In this document: one piece after another, positions 53,806-64,000 of the stretch
Numbering within the stretch: the first letter of the stretch is position 1
Layout: each line of letters begins with the position of its first letter
Assembly: GCA_045592105.1 (NCBI GenBank)
Contig: JAZNUB010000033.1
Location: 162 to 64,161 of the forward strand
Direction: 5' to 3'
Length of the DNA stretch: 64,000 bases
Origin: Eubacteriales bacterium
GTDB lineage: Bacteria > Bacillota > Clostridia > Oscillospirales > CAG-382
Translations under genes and position numbers: made by a program
Notes under the pieces: model-generated
Databases searched by the model: none
Seen by the model: the letters and a program-made list of their open reading frames with translations, nothing else
Told to the model about the DNA's origin: nothing

Positions 53806-53987
53806 CCTTTACTAAAGACACAATTGTAGGCGATGTTCTTGATGCACGCCCCGATTTGGCGCAATGCTTTTTTGAAATAGGTATGCATTGCTTAGGCTGC
53901 CCTTGCTCTCGCAGTGAAACCATTGGCGAGGCTTGCGCGGCACACGGCGCAGATGCCGATGCGCTTCTTGCAAAGCTTAACGCATAA
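53802..53987 (+). CDS. DUF1858-like small redox-disulfide domain protein
   Basis: 61 aa. ...FFEIGMHCLGCPCSRSETIGEACAAHG... ATGA overlap with the upstream gene. Confidence 0.7.
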   Translation: MTFTKDTIVGDVLDARPDLAQCFFEIGMHCLGCPCSRSETIGEACAAHGADADALLAKLNA

Positions 53988-54026
53988 GCTGAAAACGCAA
54001 AATAACGATAAGGAGGGAAAGCTGTA

Positions 54027-55169
54027 ATGATAATGGATAGAGACCATGTTCCGCAAAAGGTAAGAGAGCGCGTTGGAACGTTTTCGGGCGTTTTGGGGAT
54101 AGTTTTAAATCTGTTGCTGTTTGGTATGAAGCTTGCCGTTGGCATATTAACGGGCTACGTTTCCGTTACTGCGGATGCTTTTAACAATCTTACGGATAGC
54201 TTTTCCTCCATCGTTTCGCTTATTAGCTTTAAGCTATCGGGCAAGCCCGCGGATGAGGACCATCCCTTCGGCCACGAAAGGGTGGAATACGTTTCGTCCA
54301 TGATAGTGGCGTTTATCGTGCTTTTTTTGGCTTGGGAGCTTGCCATAACGTCCATAGGCAATATAATAAACCCGCCCGAAATAAGCAGGCTAAAGCTTGT
54401 AAGCGGCGTGGTGCTTGGCGTATCGGTGGTAATAAAGCTTTTTATGTTCTTTATAAACCGCTATCTTGCAAGCGCGATAAACAGCAGCCTTCTGCGTGCC
54501 ACCGCGGTGGACAGTATTTCCGATGCGATAGCAACAGCCGCCGTTATAGCTTGCGCGCTGATAAGCCCGCTTATAGGCTTTAATTTAGACGGCTATGCAG
54601 GGCTTGTTATTGCTTTGTTCATCGCCAAGGCAGGTATTGGCATAATCAGAGAAAGCGCAAACAGCATAATAGGCGTAAAGCCTGATGAAACGCTTTCCCG
54701 CGGGATATTGGAGTACACCAAAAGCTTTGAGGGCGTTTTGGATACGCACGATATGATAATACATCAGTACGGGCCAAACCGCGCTTTCCTTTCTCTGCAC
54801 GTTGAGGTGGACGGTAAGGAGGATATCTTTACAAGCCACGATATGATAGACAATATAGAGATAGGGATATACGAAAAATTCGGTGTGATAGCCACAATAC
54901 ATATGGACCCCATCTATCCTGAGGATGAGTTTGTGCTTTCGCTAAAGGAGTATACCGCCGCTTTTGTAACCGCGTTGGATGCAAGGCTTTCTATCCACGA
55001 TTTCCGCGTGGTACACGGCGATACGCACACTAATATTTTGTTTGACCTAACAAAGCCCTACGACGTAAAGCTGCCCGACAGCGATATCAAGCAAAGCGTT
55101 TGCGATAAGCTTAAGGAGCTTAACCCAAGCTATAGGGCGATTATCGTGATAGATAGGGAATTTACTTAA
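54027..55169 (+). CDS. cation diffusion facilitator (CDF) family transporter
   Basis: SVTADAFNNLTDSFSS...DHPFGHERVEY. 380 aa. Confidence 0.9.
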   Translation: MIMDRDHVPQKVRERVGTFSGVLGIVLNLLLFGMKLAVGILTGYVSVTADAFNNLTDSFSSIVSLISFKLSGKPADEDHPFGHERVEYVSSMIVAFIVLFLAWELAITSIGNIINPPEISRLKLVSGVVLGVSVVIKLFMFFINRYLASAINSSLLRATAVDSISDAIATAAVIACALISPLIGFNLDGYAGLVIALFIAKAGIGIIRESANSIIGVKPDETLSRGILEYTKSFEGVLDTHDMIIHQYGPNRAFLSLHVEVDGKEDIFTSHDMIDNIEIGIYEKFGVIATIHMDPIYPEDEFVLSLKEYTAAFVTALDARLSIHDFRVVHGDTHTNILFDLTKPYDVKLPDSDIKQSVCDKLKELNPSYRAIIVIDREFT

Positions 55170-55187
55170 AACAGGAGGAGAGCTATA

Positions 55188-55934
55188 ATGCTGTATACAG
55201 CCGTATGGGCACACAGAGGCGCCTCTGCCTACGCGCCCGAAAACACAATGGCGGCGTTTTTATTGGCACAAAAGCTTGGTGCAGACGGTGTGGAGCTGGA
55301 CGTGCATCTCACAGCAGACGGCAAGGTGGTTGTATGCCACGATGCGGATATCAAGCGCACCTCAAACGGAAAAGGCGTTATCGAGGATATGACCTATGAG
55401 GAGCTTGCTTCTTTTGATTTCGGCTACGCAAACGTGTTTGGAAACCGCTTTGAGGGTGAAAGGATACCGCTTTTAGAGGAGGTTTACCGCGCCCTGCTGC
55501 CTTGTAACACGATCATCAACGTAGAGCTTAAAAAATCAAGGCCGGAGCTTGTGCGTGCCGTGCTTAAGCTGGAGGAGGAATGCGGCGCGGCAGGTGCCGT
55601 TATATATTCCTCGTTCGTACACGAATATCTTGAAGAGATTAAAAAAATAAACCCCGCCGCACACGTAGCTCCGCTTTACGGCTGCTGCAAGGAGTTTGTT
55701 GCGCTTGGCAAGGGCTTGAAGGCAACCGCGCTTCACCCCTCTTATGGCGACGTTTTTTCCGATGCGGATTACGTTCGCAAGGCGCACGCGGCAAATCTTC
55801 GCGTACACCCCTATACGCCAAACGATTTCGATACCCTGTTTGCGCTTACGGAGCTGGGCGTGGACGCTGTTATCACCAATTATCCCGATAGGGCAATTGA
55901 AATAAGAAACAATAAACTAAGGAGGTTTATTTAA
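55188..55934 (+). CDS. glycerophosphodiester phosphodiesterase
   Basis: WAHRGASAYAPENTMAAF...GVELDVHLTADGKVVVCHD. Confidence 0.9.
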   Translation: MLYTAVWAHRGASAYAPENTMAAFLLAQKLGADGVELDVHLTADGKVVVCHDADIKRTSNGKGVIEDMTYEELASFDFGYANVFGNRFEGERIPLLEEVYRALLPCNTIINVELKKSRPELVRAVLKLEEECGAAGAVIYSSFVHEYLEEIKKINPAAHVAPLYGCCKEFVALGKGLKATALHPSYGDVFSDADYVRKAHAANLRVHPYTPNDFDTLFALTELGVDAVITNYPDRAIEIRNNKLRRFI

Positions 55935-55936
55935 GG

Positions 55937-56434
55937 ATGTCTAAGAAAAACGGGAAAAAGGGCTTTTTTACTGAGTTTAAGGAGTTTATAACCAAGGGTA
56001 ACGTGCTTGATATGGCGGTTGGTGTTATCATCGGTAACTCCTTTAAGGCGATAGTTACCGCGCTTACGGATAAGATTATTATGCCGCTTGTAACTAAGGC
56101 TGTTGGTAACAGCTCTGTAACGGATATTAAAACCGTGCTTACCCCTGCCGTGCTTGACGAGGCGGGCGAGGTTGTTACGCCTGAGCTTGCTATTGAGTGG
56201 GGCTTGCTTCTCCAAGCCGTTATAGATTTCTTCATAGTTGCGCTTGTTCTTTTTGTAATAATTAAGGCGGCAATGGCATTCCAGCAAAAGCGTATAGCAC
56301 TTATGGAAAAACTAAAGAAGAAGGAAGAAGAGGAAAAGGCACAAGAGCCTGCCGCACCTGCGGAGCCCAGCATTGAGGAGCAGAACAAGCAGCTTCTTAC
56401 CGAAATACGCGATTTGCTTAAAGAAAAGAAATAA
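55937..56434 (+). CDS. mscL: large-conductance mechanosensitive channel MscL with extended charged C-terminus
   Basis: FKEFITKGNVLDMAVGVIIGNSFKAIVTALTDKIIMPL. Confidence 0.9.
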   Translation: MSKKNGKKGFFTEFKEFITKGNVLDMAVGVIIGNSFKAIVTALTDKIIMPLVTKAVGNSSVTDIKTVLTPAVLDEAGEVVTPELAIEWGLLLQAVIDFFIVALVLFVIIKAAMAFQQKRIALMEKLKKKEEEEKAQEPAAPAEPSIEEQNKQLLTEIRDLLKEKK

Positions 56435-56438
56435 TATA

Positions 56439-56612
56439 CCCCATTGCTCACTGCGTTCGCAACGGGGACCCCGATTTAGCCCCATTGCTCATTACATTCG
56501 CAACGGGGACCCCGAATTTGATATTTAGGCTTTCGTTCGCTCGCGCCTCGCGCCGCGTTGCGGCACTCGCGAAAGTCCAAGGAATATTTTTCGCGGCACA
56601 TGTCCGCGAAAA
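56439..56612 (+). repeat. structured 3'-UTR repeat element (family 2), copy B
   Basis: CCCCATTGC-loop-GCAACGGGG twice (56439-56467, 56480-56508), nested hairpin starting at 56528, TCGCGGcacatgtCCGCGA (about 56587-56612). Collinear with 7216-7433. Confidence 0.75.
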
Positions 56613-56630
56613 ATATGGGTGGTTAAAAAT

Positions 56631-56664
56631 AAGGCTTGGTCTAAAAAGCACCAAGCCTTATTTT
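56631..56664 (+). terminator. rho-independent terminator after mscL and its repeat
   Basis: AAGGCTTGGT / ACCAAGCCTT stem followed by ATTTT. Confidence 0.6.
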
Positions 56665-56689
56665 GTGGCTAAAGCGCAACGCTTTAATT

Positions 56690-56938
56690 GTAGGGGGCAT
56701 TCACGAATGACCCGCTACGCCACATCTAAAGCCGAACGCCGCATTTAACCGCTACGCGGCGGTCGATTCGTGAATCGACCCTACACCCGCAACGAGGTTT
56801 AATTTCAAGATGAAGCGTAACGCTTTAAGCGTAGGGCGCACGTCTTGCTCCCGCCGCCTCGTTCATTAACGCACAATCTTTCCAACCAAGGTGTATTTAA
56901 CTCCATTCGTCTCGGCGGCAGCAAGACGTGCGCCCTAC
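56690..56938. repeat. REP/BIME-like intergenic repeat cluster (family 3)
   Basis: GTAGGGGGCATTCACGAATGACCC (56690-56713), GGTCGATTCGTGAATCGACCCTAC (to 56784), and the long hairpin GTAGGGCGCACGTCTTGCT...AGCAAGACGTGCGCCCTAC (56831-56938). Confidence 0.75.
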
Positions 56939-57058
56939 GATGAAGAATGGCATTTCTTTACACCGCCACGCGGCGCTTTATCTGCGCTGAGTACCGTATA
57001 TACAACAAAAGGAGCTAAGTGTTAAAACTCAGCTCCTTGTTTGTTTGTAGTTTACTTT

Positions 57059-58201
57059 TTATTTTTTAAACTTATCGAAAAAGCTTTTTCTTTTTGCGTA
57101 GTTCTTACCGTCGGTTGCTTCACCAAACTGACGAAGCAGCTCTTTTTGCTTGGAGTTAAGCCCTTTGGGTATCTCTACCGTTACGGTAACGCGCATATCG
57201 CCCCTTGTTTGCGGGTTGTTTATAAAGGGTATGCCCTTGCCGCGCAAAGAAAAGACTGTGCCGCTTTGCGTTCCTTCGGGGATGGAGAACTCCGCCGTGC
57301 CGCCTTCTATCGTTGGTACGGAGATTTTTGCCCCCAGCGTTGCATCCACAAAGGTAACGGGAAGTTCCATATAAACAAGCGTGCCGTTACGCTCGAATAT
57401 CTTGTGCGGTCTTACGCTTATGTTCACGTACAGGTTGCCTGCGCCACCGCCGCCTGTGCCCGCGTTGCCCTGACCTTTAAGCTGTATCTGCTGGCCGTTA
57501 TCAATGCCTGCGGGTATGTTTACCTCAAGCTTTTTCTGCTTTTTAACCGCGCCCTTGCCCTTACAAGCAGAGCAGGGGTTTTTAATTATGCGCCCCTTGC
57601 CGTTACAGCGCGGACAGGTTTGCGTGCTTTGCATAGAGCCGAAGCCGATATTACGCATAACGGTTACGGTACCTCTGCCGCCGCATTGCGAGCAGGTTTC
57701 GGCATCCGATGCGTTTTCTGAGCCTACGCCGTGGCACTTTTCGCACTTTTCCGTGTGCGAAAACTCTATTGTCTTTTTACAGCCGAAAGCCGCTTCCTCA
57801 AAATCTATGCTTAAACGATAGCTTAGATCCTCGCCACGCGCTGGACCGCCACGGCTTCTGGTGCTGCCGCCACCGAAAAAGCTTCCAAACAGATCCCCCA
57901 AGTCAAAATCAGCAAATCCGCCGCCAAAGCCGCCAAATCCGCCGTATCCGCCACCGCCCGCAAAGGAGGAAGGGTCAAACGCGGCATGACCAAACTGGTC
58001 ATACTTTGCTTTTTTATCCGCATCGGAAAGCACGGCGTAAGCCTCGTTTATCTCCTTAAACTTTTCTTCTGCCGCCTTGTCGCCGGGGTTCATATCAGGG
58101 TGGTATTTCTTTGCAAGCTTTTTATATGCCTTTTTTATTTCATCGGGCGTGGCGTTTTTGTTTGTTCCCAACACCTCGTAATAATCTCGCTTGTCAGCCA
58201 C
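57059..58201 (-). CDS. dnaJ: molecular chaperone DnaJ
   Basis: J-domain DYYEVLG...[16 protein letters not shown] region, four CxxCxGxG repeats. Confidence 0.95.
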   Translation of the reverse strand: MADKRDYYEVLGTNKNATPDEIKKAYKKLAKKYHPDMNPGDKAAEEKFKEINEAYAVLSDADKKAKYDQFGHAAFDPSSFAGGGGYGGFGGFGGGFADFDLGDLFGSFFGGGSTRSRGGPARGEDLSYRLSIDFEEAAFGCKKTIEFSHTEKCEKCHGVGSENASDAETCSQCGGRGTVTVMRNIGFGSMQSTQTCPRCNGKGRIIKNPCSACKGKGAVKKQKKLEVNIPAGIDNGQQIQLKGQGNAGTGGGGAGNLYVNISVRPHKIFERNGTLVYMELPVTFVDATLGAKISVPTIEGGTAEFSIPEGTQSGTVFSLRGKGIPFINNPQTRGDMRVTVTVEIPKGLNSKQKELLRQFGEATDGKNYAKRKSFFDKFKK

Positions 58202-58268
58202 CGTACCCCTCCTTTCATTAAGCTTGGAAACGGCGCAAAAGCACCGTTTCCATCTTAAGGTTTATATA

Positions 58269-60107
<1,839 letters not shown>

Positions 60108-60141
60108 TTACCTCCATATTATGTGATTTTTATTTCAAGCT

Positions 60142-60690
60142 TTAGTTTACTACCTTTACAAGGGCGTGCCTAATAACCTTATCGCCCAAGCGGTAGCCCT
60201 TTTGCAGGGTTTCTGTAACTGTGTTTTCGGGCTGGCTTTCGTCCTCCTCGTGGAAGATAGCGTTGTGCAGATTGGGGTCAAACTGCTCGCCCGTGGATTT
60301 TATTTCCTCTACCTTCATCTTCTCAAGTGTGCCTTTAAGCTGTTTTTCAAGCATCAGCACGCCTTTTGCCAGCTCGCTGTCGTCCGTTGCGTACCCTACG
60401 GCACGCTCTATATTGTCTATAAGCGGCAGGAACGCACTTACCGCATCGGAAAACGCATCCGCATAAAGCGCCTCGCGCTCCTTCTGGCTACGCTTGCGAT
60501 AGTTGTCATACTCTGCGGCAACGCGCAAATACTTGTCTGCTTGCGTGGCAAGCTCGGCTTCTGCCTTGGCTGCTCTCTCTTCTGCCTCCAAAAGCTGTGC
60601 CTTTAGCTTTTCCGCCTTCTCAGCCTTCTTGGTCTGCTTGCTTTCTTCTGCCTTTTCGGCTTCTATGTTCGGTTCGTTTTCCTTGCTCAT
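60142..60690 (-). CDS. grpE: nucleotide exchange factor GrpE
   Basis: YLRVAAEYDNYRKR, FDPNLHNAI. Confidence 0.9.
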   Translation of the reverse strand: MSKENEPNIEAEKAEESKQTKKAEKAEKLKAQLLEAEERAAKAEAELATQADKYLRVAAEYDNYRKRSQKEREALYADAFSDAVSAFLPLIDNIERAVGYATDDSELAKGVLMLEKQLKGTLEKMKVEEIKSTGEQFDPNLHNAIFHEEDESQPENTVTETLQKGYRLGDKVIRHALVKVVN

Positions 60691-61721
60691 TTTCTGTTTC
60701 CTCCTTCGTCCTTGCCGTTAAGCTCGTCTGTAAGCCCCGATGCAAAGTATTCAAGATTAGCTATAACCTTTTTATAGTTCATTCGCTTTGGCCCTATAAC
60801 GCCTATCGCGCCTACCGTTTGCCCCGATACCGTTATCGGATAGAACACAACGCTTGCGTCCTCAGGCGTTAAGCCCTCGCCTGACATTACGATGTTCGGC
60901 CTGCCGGGCATACCCTCCGTAAAACGTTCCACTATCGTGTGCTTCTGCTCCAGCACCTCAAGCACGCTTTTCGCCTTGCTTACATCGTAAAACTCCGGAT
61001 AGCTTAAAAGCTTTGTCAAGCCGCGAACCTGCACATCCTCCTCCGTGCCAACGCCCAACAGCTCGTTCACCGCACGAAGCGCGGGATTAACCAGCTCGCT
61101 TGCGGAACCTGCCGCCTCGCTAACGTTAAGCACAGCGGTAAGCGTTATCTCCGCCGACGTAAGCCCTGTAAGCCCCGCCTCCAACGCTTTGGACAGCGTT
61201 TTAAGCTTCTCCTCGGTACAGCCGTTTACTGCCACCGTTTTCGTTTTAACCTGCCCGCCGTTACAGCGAAGTATCAGCAAAAAGCTTTCTTCATCTATAT
61301 ATACGGCTTTTATCTTTTCGATACGCTCCGCAGGCGGCTTAAGCACCGATATCGCGGTATAGTTTGTTATGTGTGACATAACGCGCGCCGCTTCGGATAG
61401 CAGCTTGCCAAACTCACCAACCTTGTAGTCCAAAAGCTCGTTTAGCACCGATAGCTCCTCAAGCGAAAGCTTGTAGTTTTCCATCAAGCCCTCAACATAG
61501 GTTCGCATCCCCTTGGTTGTAGGCACGCGCCCTGCCGAGGAATGCGGCTGGTCGAGATATCCCATAGTCTCAAGCTCACTCATCTCGTTACGCACCGTTG
61601 CGCTGGACAAAGCATCGGGTATCTGCGCTGTAATGTATTTAGAGCCAACAGGCTCGCCACTACGAATATATTCATCAACTATGGATTTAAGTATGCGCTT
61701 TTTTCTTTCCGTAAGCTCCAT
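60687..61721 (-). CDS. hrcA: heat-inducible transcription repressor HrcA
   Basis: ERKKRILKSIVDEYIRSGEPVGSK. First gene of the hrcA-grpE-dnaK-dnaJ operon. Confidence 0.93.
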   Translation of the reverse strand: MELTERKKRILKSIVDEYIRSGEPVGSKYITAQIPDALSSATVRNEMSELETMGYLDQPHSSAGRVPTTKGMRTYVEGLMENYKLSLEELSVLNELLDYKVGEFGKLLSEAARVMSHITNYTAISVLKPPAERIEKIKAVYIDEESFLLILRCNGGQVKTKTVAVNGCTEEKLKTLSKALEAGLTGLTSAEITLTAVLNVSEAAGSASELVNPALRAVNELLGVGTEEDVQVRGLTKLLSYPEFYDVSKAKSVLEVLEQKHTIVERFTEGMPGRPNIVMSGEGLTPEDASVVFYPITVSGQTVGAIGVIGPKRMNYKKVIANLEYFASGLTDELNGKDEGGNRK

Positions 61722-61753
61722 ATCGGGTTATCCCTCCCTCCTGCTAAAGATTT

Positions 61754-61780
61754 TTAGCACTCGCAAGTGCTGTCTGCTAA
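61754..61780. promoter_or_regulatory. CIRCE-like HrcA operator (imperfect)
   Basis: TTAGCACTC-GCAAGTGCT-GTCTGCTAA against the consensus TTAGCACTC-N9-GAGTGCTAA (2 mismatches in the right arm). Lies 33 nt upstream of hrcA. Confidence 0.6.
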
Positions 61781-61930
61781 CGATTATGATTATACACCTA
61801 TTTTTCCGCTTGTCAATACCTTTTATACAACTATATTTGTAAACAATCTGTGAACGAAGCCCCGCTTTTGCTAAGCCGCTCAAGCAAACGCGCACGCGGT
61901 TTGCTAAAATCGAATGAGGATAATTTTGTA

Positions 61931-61959
61931 TTGACAGCGCGTGTGCAAAGTGCTACAAT
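61931..61959 (+). promoter_or_regulatory. sigma-A promoter for the folT-folC leader
   Basis: TTGACA 61931-61936, 17-nt spacer, TACAAT 61954-61959. Confidence 0.6.
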
Positions 61960-61963
61960 GGTT

Positions 61964-62074
61964 GCGGCAGAGTATAACCCTTGCGCGTAAAGTGCCGCAT
62001 TACCGAACGGGGAGTTGTCGGGCGGACGAAAAGCGTTTTTCGCTTGCGGTGCAGGGTTAGCATCCCGCTGTCGC
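61964..62074 (+). promoter_or_regulatory. THF (tetrahydrofolate) riboswitch, class I
   Basis: Conserved blocks AGAGTA, GCGCGTAAAGTG, GGGGAGTTGTCG, ACGAAAAGCG, GCGGTG and GCATCCCGC appear in the order of the Eubacterium siraeum THF aptamer (recalled from memory). Located upstream of a folate ECF S-component. Confidence 0.75.
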
Positions 62075-62143
62075 ATATTTTTGCACCCCTCTTTTCGATC
62101 CGTGCTTTGATATGGCGACTGGTATGAAAAGGAGGGTATTTTT

Positions 62144-62677
62144 ATGCAAAAAAAGAAACGTATCACAATCAAGGTTATCACTACTGCGGCTATGCTTGCG
62201 GCGTTAAGCGTGCTTATAGGCATCTTCTGCAAAACCTTTTTACAGCACCCCGCGCTTGTTTACTACCGTATAACCTTTGAAAACCTGCCCGTTATACTTT
62301 CGGGCTTGCTGTTTGGCCCCATTGTGGGCGCTATGGTTGGCGTGTGCGCCGATATAGTAAGCTGCTTGTGCTCGCCAAACCCTGCGGTAAACCCGCTTAT
62401 AAGCCTTGGTGCCGCTATGGTTGGCGTTATGGCGGGCGTAACGCCGTATATAATAAGAAAGAAAGGTGCTTTGCAAACCGCTGTTGCTGTTGCCACGGCG
62501 CATTTGGTGGGGCAAGTTTTTGTAAAATCTATCGCTAAAATGATTTTCTTCTCTATGCCGTGGCACGGTATTTTTGTTGGCATCGGCGTGTCGCTGGCGG
62601 TTGGCGTTTTAGAGTTTGCGGCTATAAGCTTGCTTCGCTCGTCCCGCGGGATAAGCCGCTTTTTGGAGGGGGAATAG
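62144..62677 (+). CDS. folT: ECF transporter S component, folate family (FolT-like)
   Basis: 177 aa, 5-6 TM helices. YRITFENLPVILSGLLFGPIVGAMVG. Preceded by a THF riboswitch and followed by folC. Confidence 0.8.
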   Translation: MQKKKRITIKVITTAAMLAALSVLIGIFCKTFLQHPALVYYRITFENLPVILSGLLFGPIVGAMVGVCADIVSCLCSPNPAVNPLISLGAAMVGVMAGVTPYIIRKKGALQTAVAVATAHLVGQVFVKSIAKMIFFSMPWHGIFVGIGVSLAVGVLEFAAISLLRSSRGISRFLEGE

Positions 62678-62681
62678 GCGT

Positions 62682-63968
62682 ATGAACTACGAACAGGCGC
62701 TTGAATATATACACAGCGTTTCGTGGCTCGGCAGTAAGCCGGGGCTTTCACGCACACGCACCTTGCTTTCGCTGATGGGCAACCCACAGGATAAGCTGCG
62801 CTTCGTTCACGTTGCGGGCACCAACGGCAAAGGCTCTACCTGCGCTATGCTGGCATCCGTGTTGCAGGCGGCAGGCTATAAAACTGGGCTTTATACCTCG
62901 CCATATATATTAAGGTTTAACGACCGTATTCGTGTAAACGGTGAGGATATCCCGGATAATGAGCTAGCGGAGATAACCGAGTACGTAAAGCAATACGCTG
63001 AGACTATGGAGGACCACCCAACAGAGTTCGAGCTGGTTACCGCCATAGGCTTTGAATATTTCTACCGTAGGCAGTGCGATGTGGTGGTGCTTGAGGTGGG
63101 CATGGGCGGCGAGCTTGACTCTACCAACGTTATAGGCTCTCCCCTTGTTTCCGTAATAACACCCCTCGCTTTGGATCATACCGCCATCCTCGGCGCAACA
63201 ATTGCCGAAATAGCAAAGGCAAAAGCCGGCATAATAAAGGAAGGCTGTACCGTTGTATCGGCAGATAACACGGTTGAAGGTGCCGCTGTTATCAAGGCAA
63301 CCTGCAAGGCTCTCGGCTGCGAGTATCACAGCTTTGTCGGATGCTGGCATGCGGACGATTGGTGTTTCTTCAACCAACAATCCTATAACCCTCCGTTTGG
63401 CATCGGCTTCACCTATGATGGGGAGGAGTATACCGTTCCGTTAGGCGGTGTGTATCAGTTTTGTAACGCCGCGTTGGTGCTGCAAACGGTAGAGGTGCTT
63501 AGAGGCCGTGGGTTTAGTATTAGCACCGAAGCGCTCAAGAAGGGCTTAGCAAACGTGTATTGGCCTGCCCGCTTTGAAGTGATGAGAGAAGAGCCGCTGT
63601 TCATATATGACGGCGGGCACAACCCACAGGGCGTAAAGGCGGCGGTGGATACCTATAAATTCTGCACGAAAAAAGCAGTGGTGCTTATAGGGGTTATGGC
63701 AGATAAGGACTATGCCGTAGAGCTTGAGATGCTAAACGAGATAGCAAAAAGCTTTATAGCAGTAACACCCAACAACCCCAGAAGCTTGCCTGCGGAAAAA
63801 TTGGCGAAGGTGATAAGAGCAACGGGCAAGGAATGCGTTGCGGCGGACACGGTATATCAAGGCGTGGAGATGGCGCTGGCGAAGGATGATATCGTCTTTG
63901 CCACTGGTTCTCTTTATATGTATGAAGAGGTAAAAAAAGCTCTCGACGTTTTATCCCCGAAAGAATGA
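62682..63968 (+). CDS. folC: bifunctional folylpolyglutamate synthase / dihydrofolate synthase
   Basis: HVAGTNGKGST P-loop, LEVGMGGELDSTN. 428 aa. Confidence 0.92.
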   Translation: MNYEQALEYIHSVSWLGSKPGLSRTRTLLSLMGNPQDKLRFVHVAGTNGKGSTCAMLASVLQAAGYKTGLYTSPYILRFNDRIRVNGEDIPDNELAEITEYVKQYAETMEDHPTEFELVTAIGFEYFYRRQCDVVVLEVGMGGELDSTNVIGSPLVSVITPLALDHTAILGATIAEIAKAKAGIIKEGCTVVSADNTVEGAAVIKATCKALGCEYHSFVGCWHADDWCFFNQQSYNPPFGIGFTYDGEEYTVPLGGVYQFCNAALVLQTVEVLRGRGFSISTEALKKGLANVYWPARFEVMREEPLFIYDGGHNPQGVKAAVDTYKFCTKKAVVLIGVMADKDYAVELEMLNEIAKSFIAVTPNNPRSLPAEKLAKVIRATGKECVAADTVYQGVEMALAKDDIVFATGSLYMYEEVKKALDVLSPKE

Positions 63969-64000
63969 TTTTTTCTCCCAATTTTTACTTTTTTCTAAAA

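Noticed and set aside
61831-62232. 133-aa minus-strand ORF between hrcA and folT.
   Set aside because: It overlaps the promoter, the THF riboswitch and the folT start. It has no RBS, and the region is explained by the regulatory RNA.

Overview
This is a chromosomal window from a roughly 50% G+C Clostridia genome. The dockerin protein, ECF/folT with THF riboswitch, hrcA-grpE-dnaK-dnaJ with a CIRCE-like site and ruvCAB suggest Oscillospiraceae/Ruminococcaceae, but that is unproven. I support about 55 CDS, tRNA-Ala(GGC), tRNA-Glu(CUC) and one THF riboswitch. Most of the window is housekeeping: typA, hom, glyQS, ruvCAB, ecfA1A2T-truA, a clp ATPase, the dnaK operon and folT-folC.

Seven things deserve a second look:
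1. An AT-rich island of about 11.6 kb abuts tRNA-Ala (about 7.6-19.2 kb). It carries a MobV-type relaxase, a large serine recombinase, a 1234-aa LRR/Ig/unknown/dockerin protein and several small cassettes that each have their own promoter.
2. A composite 'terminator + hairpin-ladder' repeat occurs three times (431-650, 16486-16722, 17519-17845). Conserved 10-mers (TATATCATCA / TGATGATATA) alternate with short hairpins of unrelated sequence. Two copies bracket island cassettes, and one is fused to the 3' end of the recombinase ORF.
3. Two further structured intergenic repeat families are present: a 3'-UTR element with compensatory stem changes, and GTAGGG-headed REP/BIME-like palindromes.
4. 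A convergent locus at 144-422 pairs a 22-aa hydrophobic peptide with an antisense RNA (type I toxin-antitoxin-like). The peptide is below the ORF-track cut-off.
5. A P-type ATPase homologue has lost its catalytic motifs and is coupled to a DUF1858 protein.
6. An ABC half-transporter pair carries extra N-terminal zinc-ribbon domains and flanks a DUF1854 gene.
7. A GH43 enzyme has a 72-aa SH3b-like insertion in its catalytic domain.

All family assignments were made by eye from motifs, with no searches run. Coordinates of non-ORF features were hand-counted and may be off by 1-3 nt.
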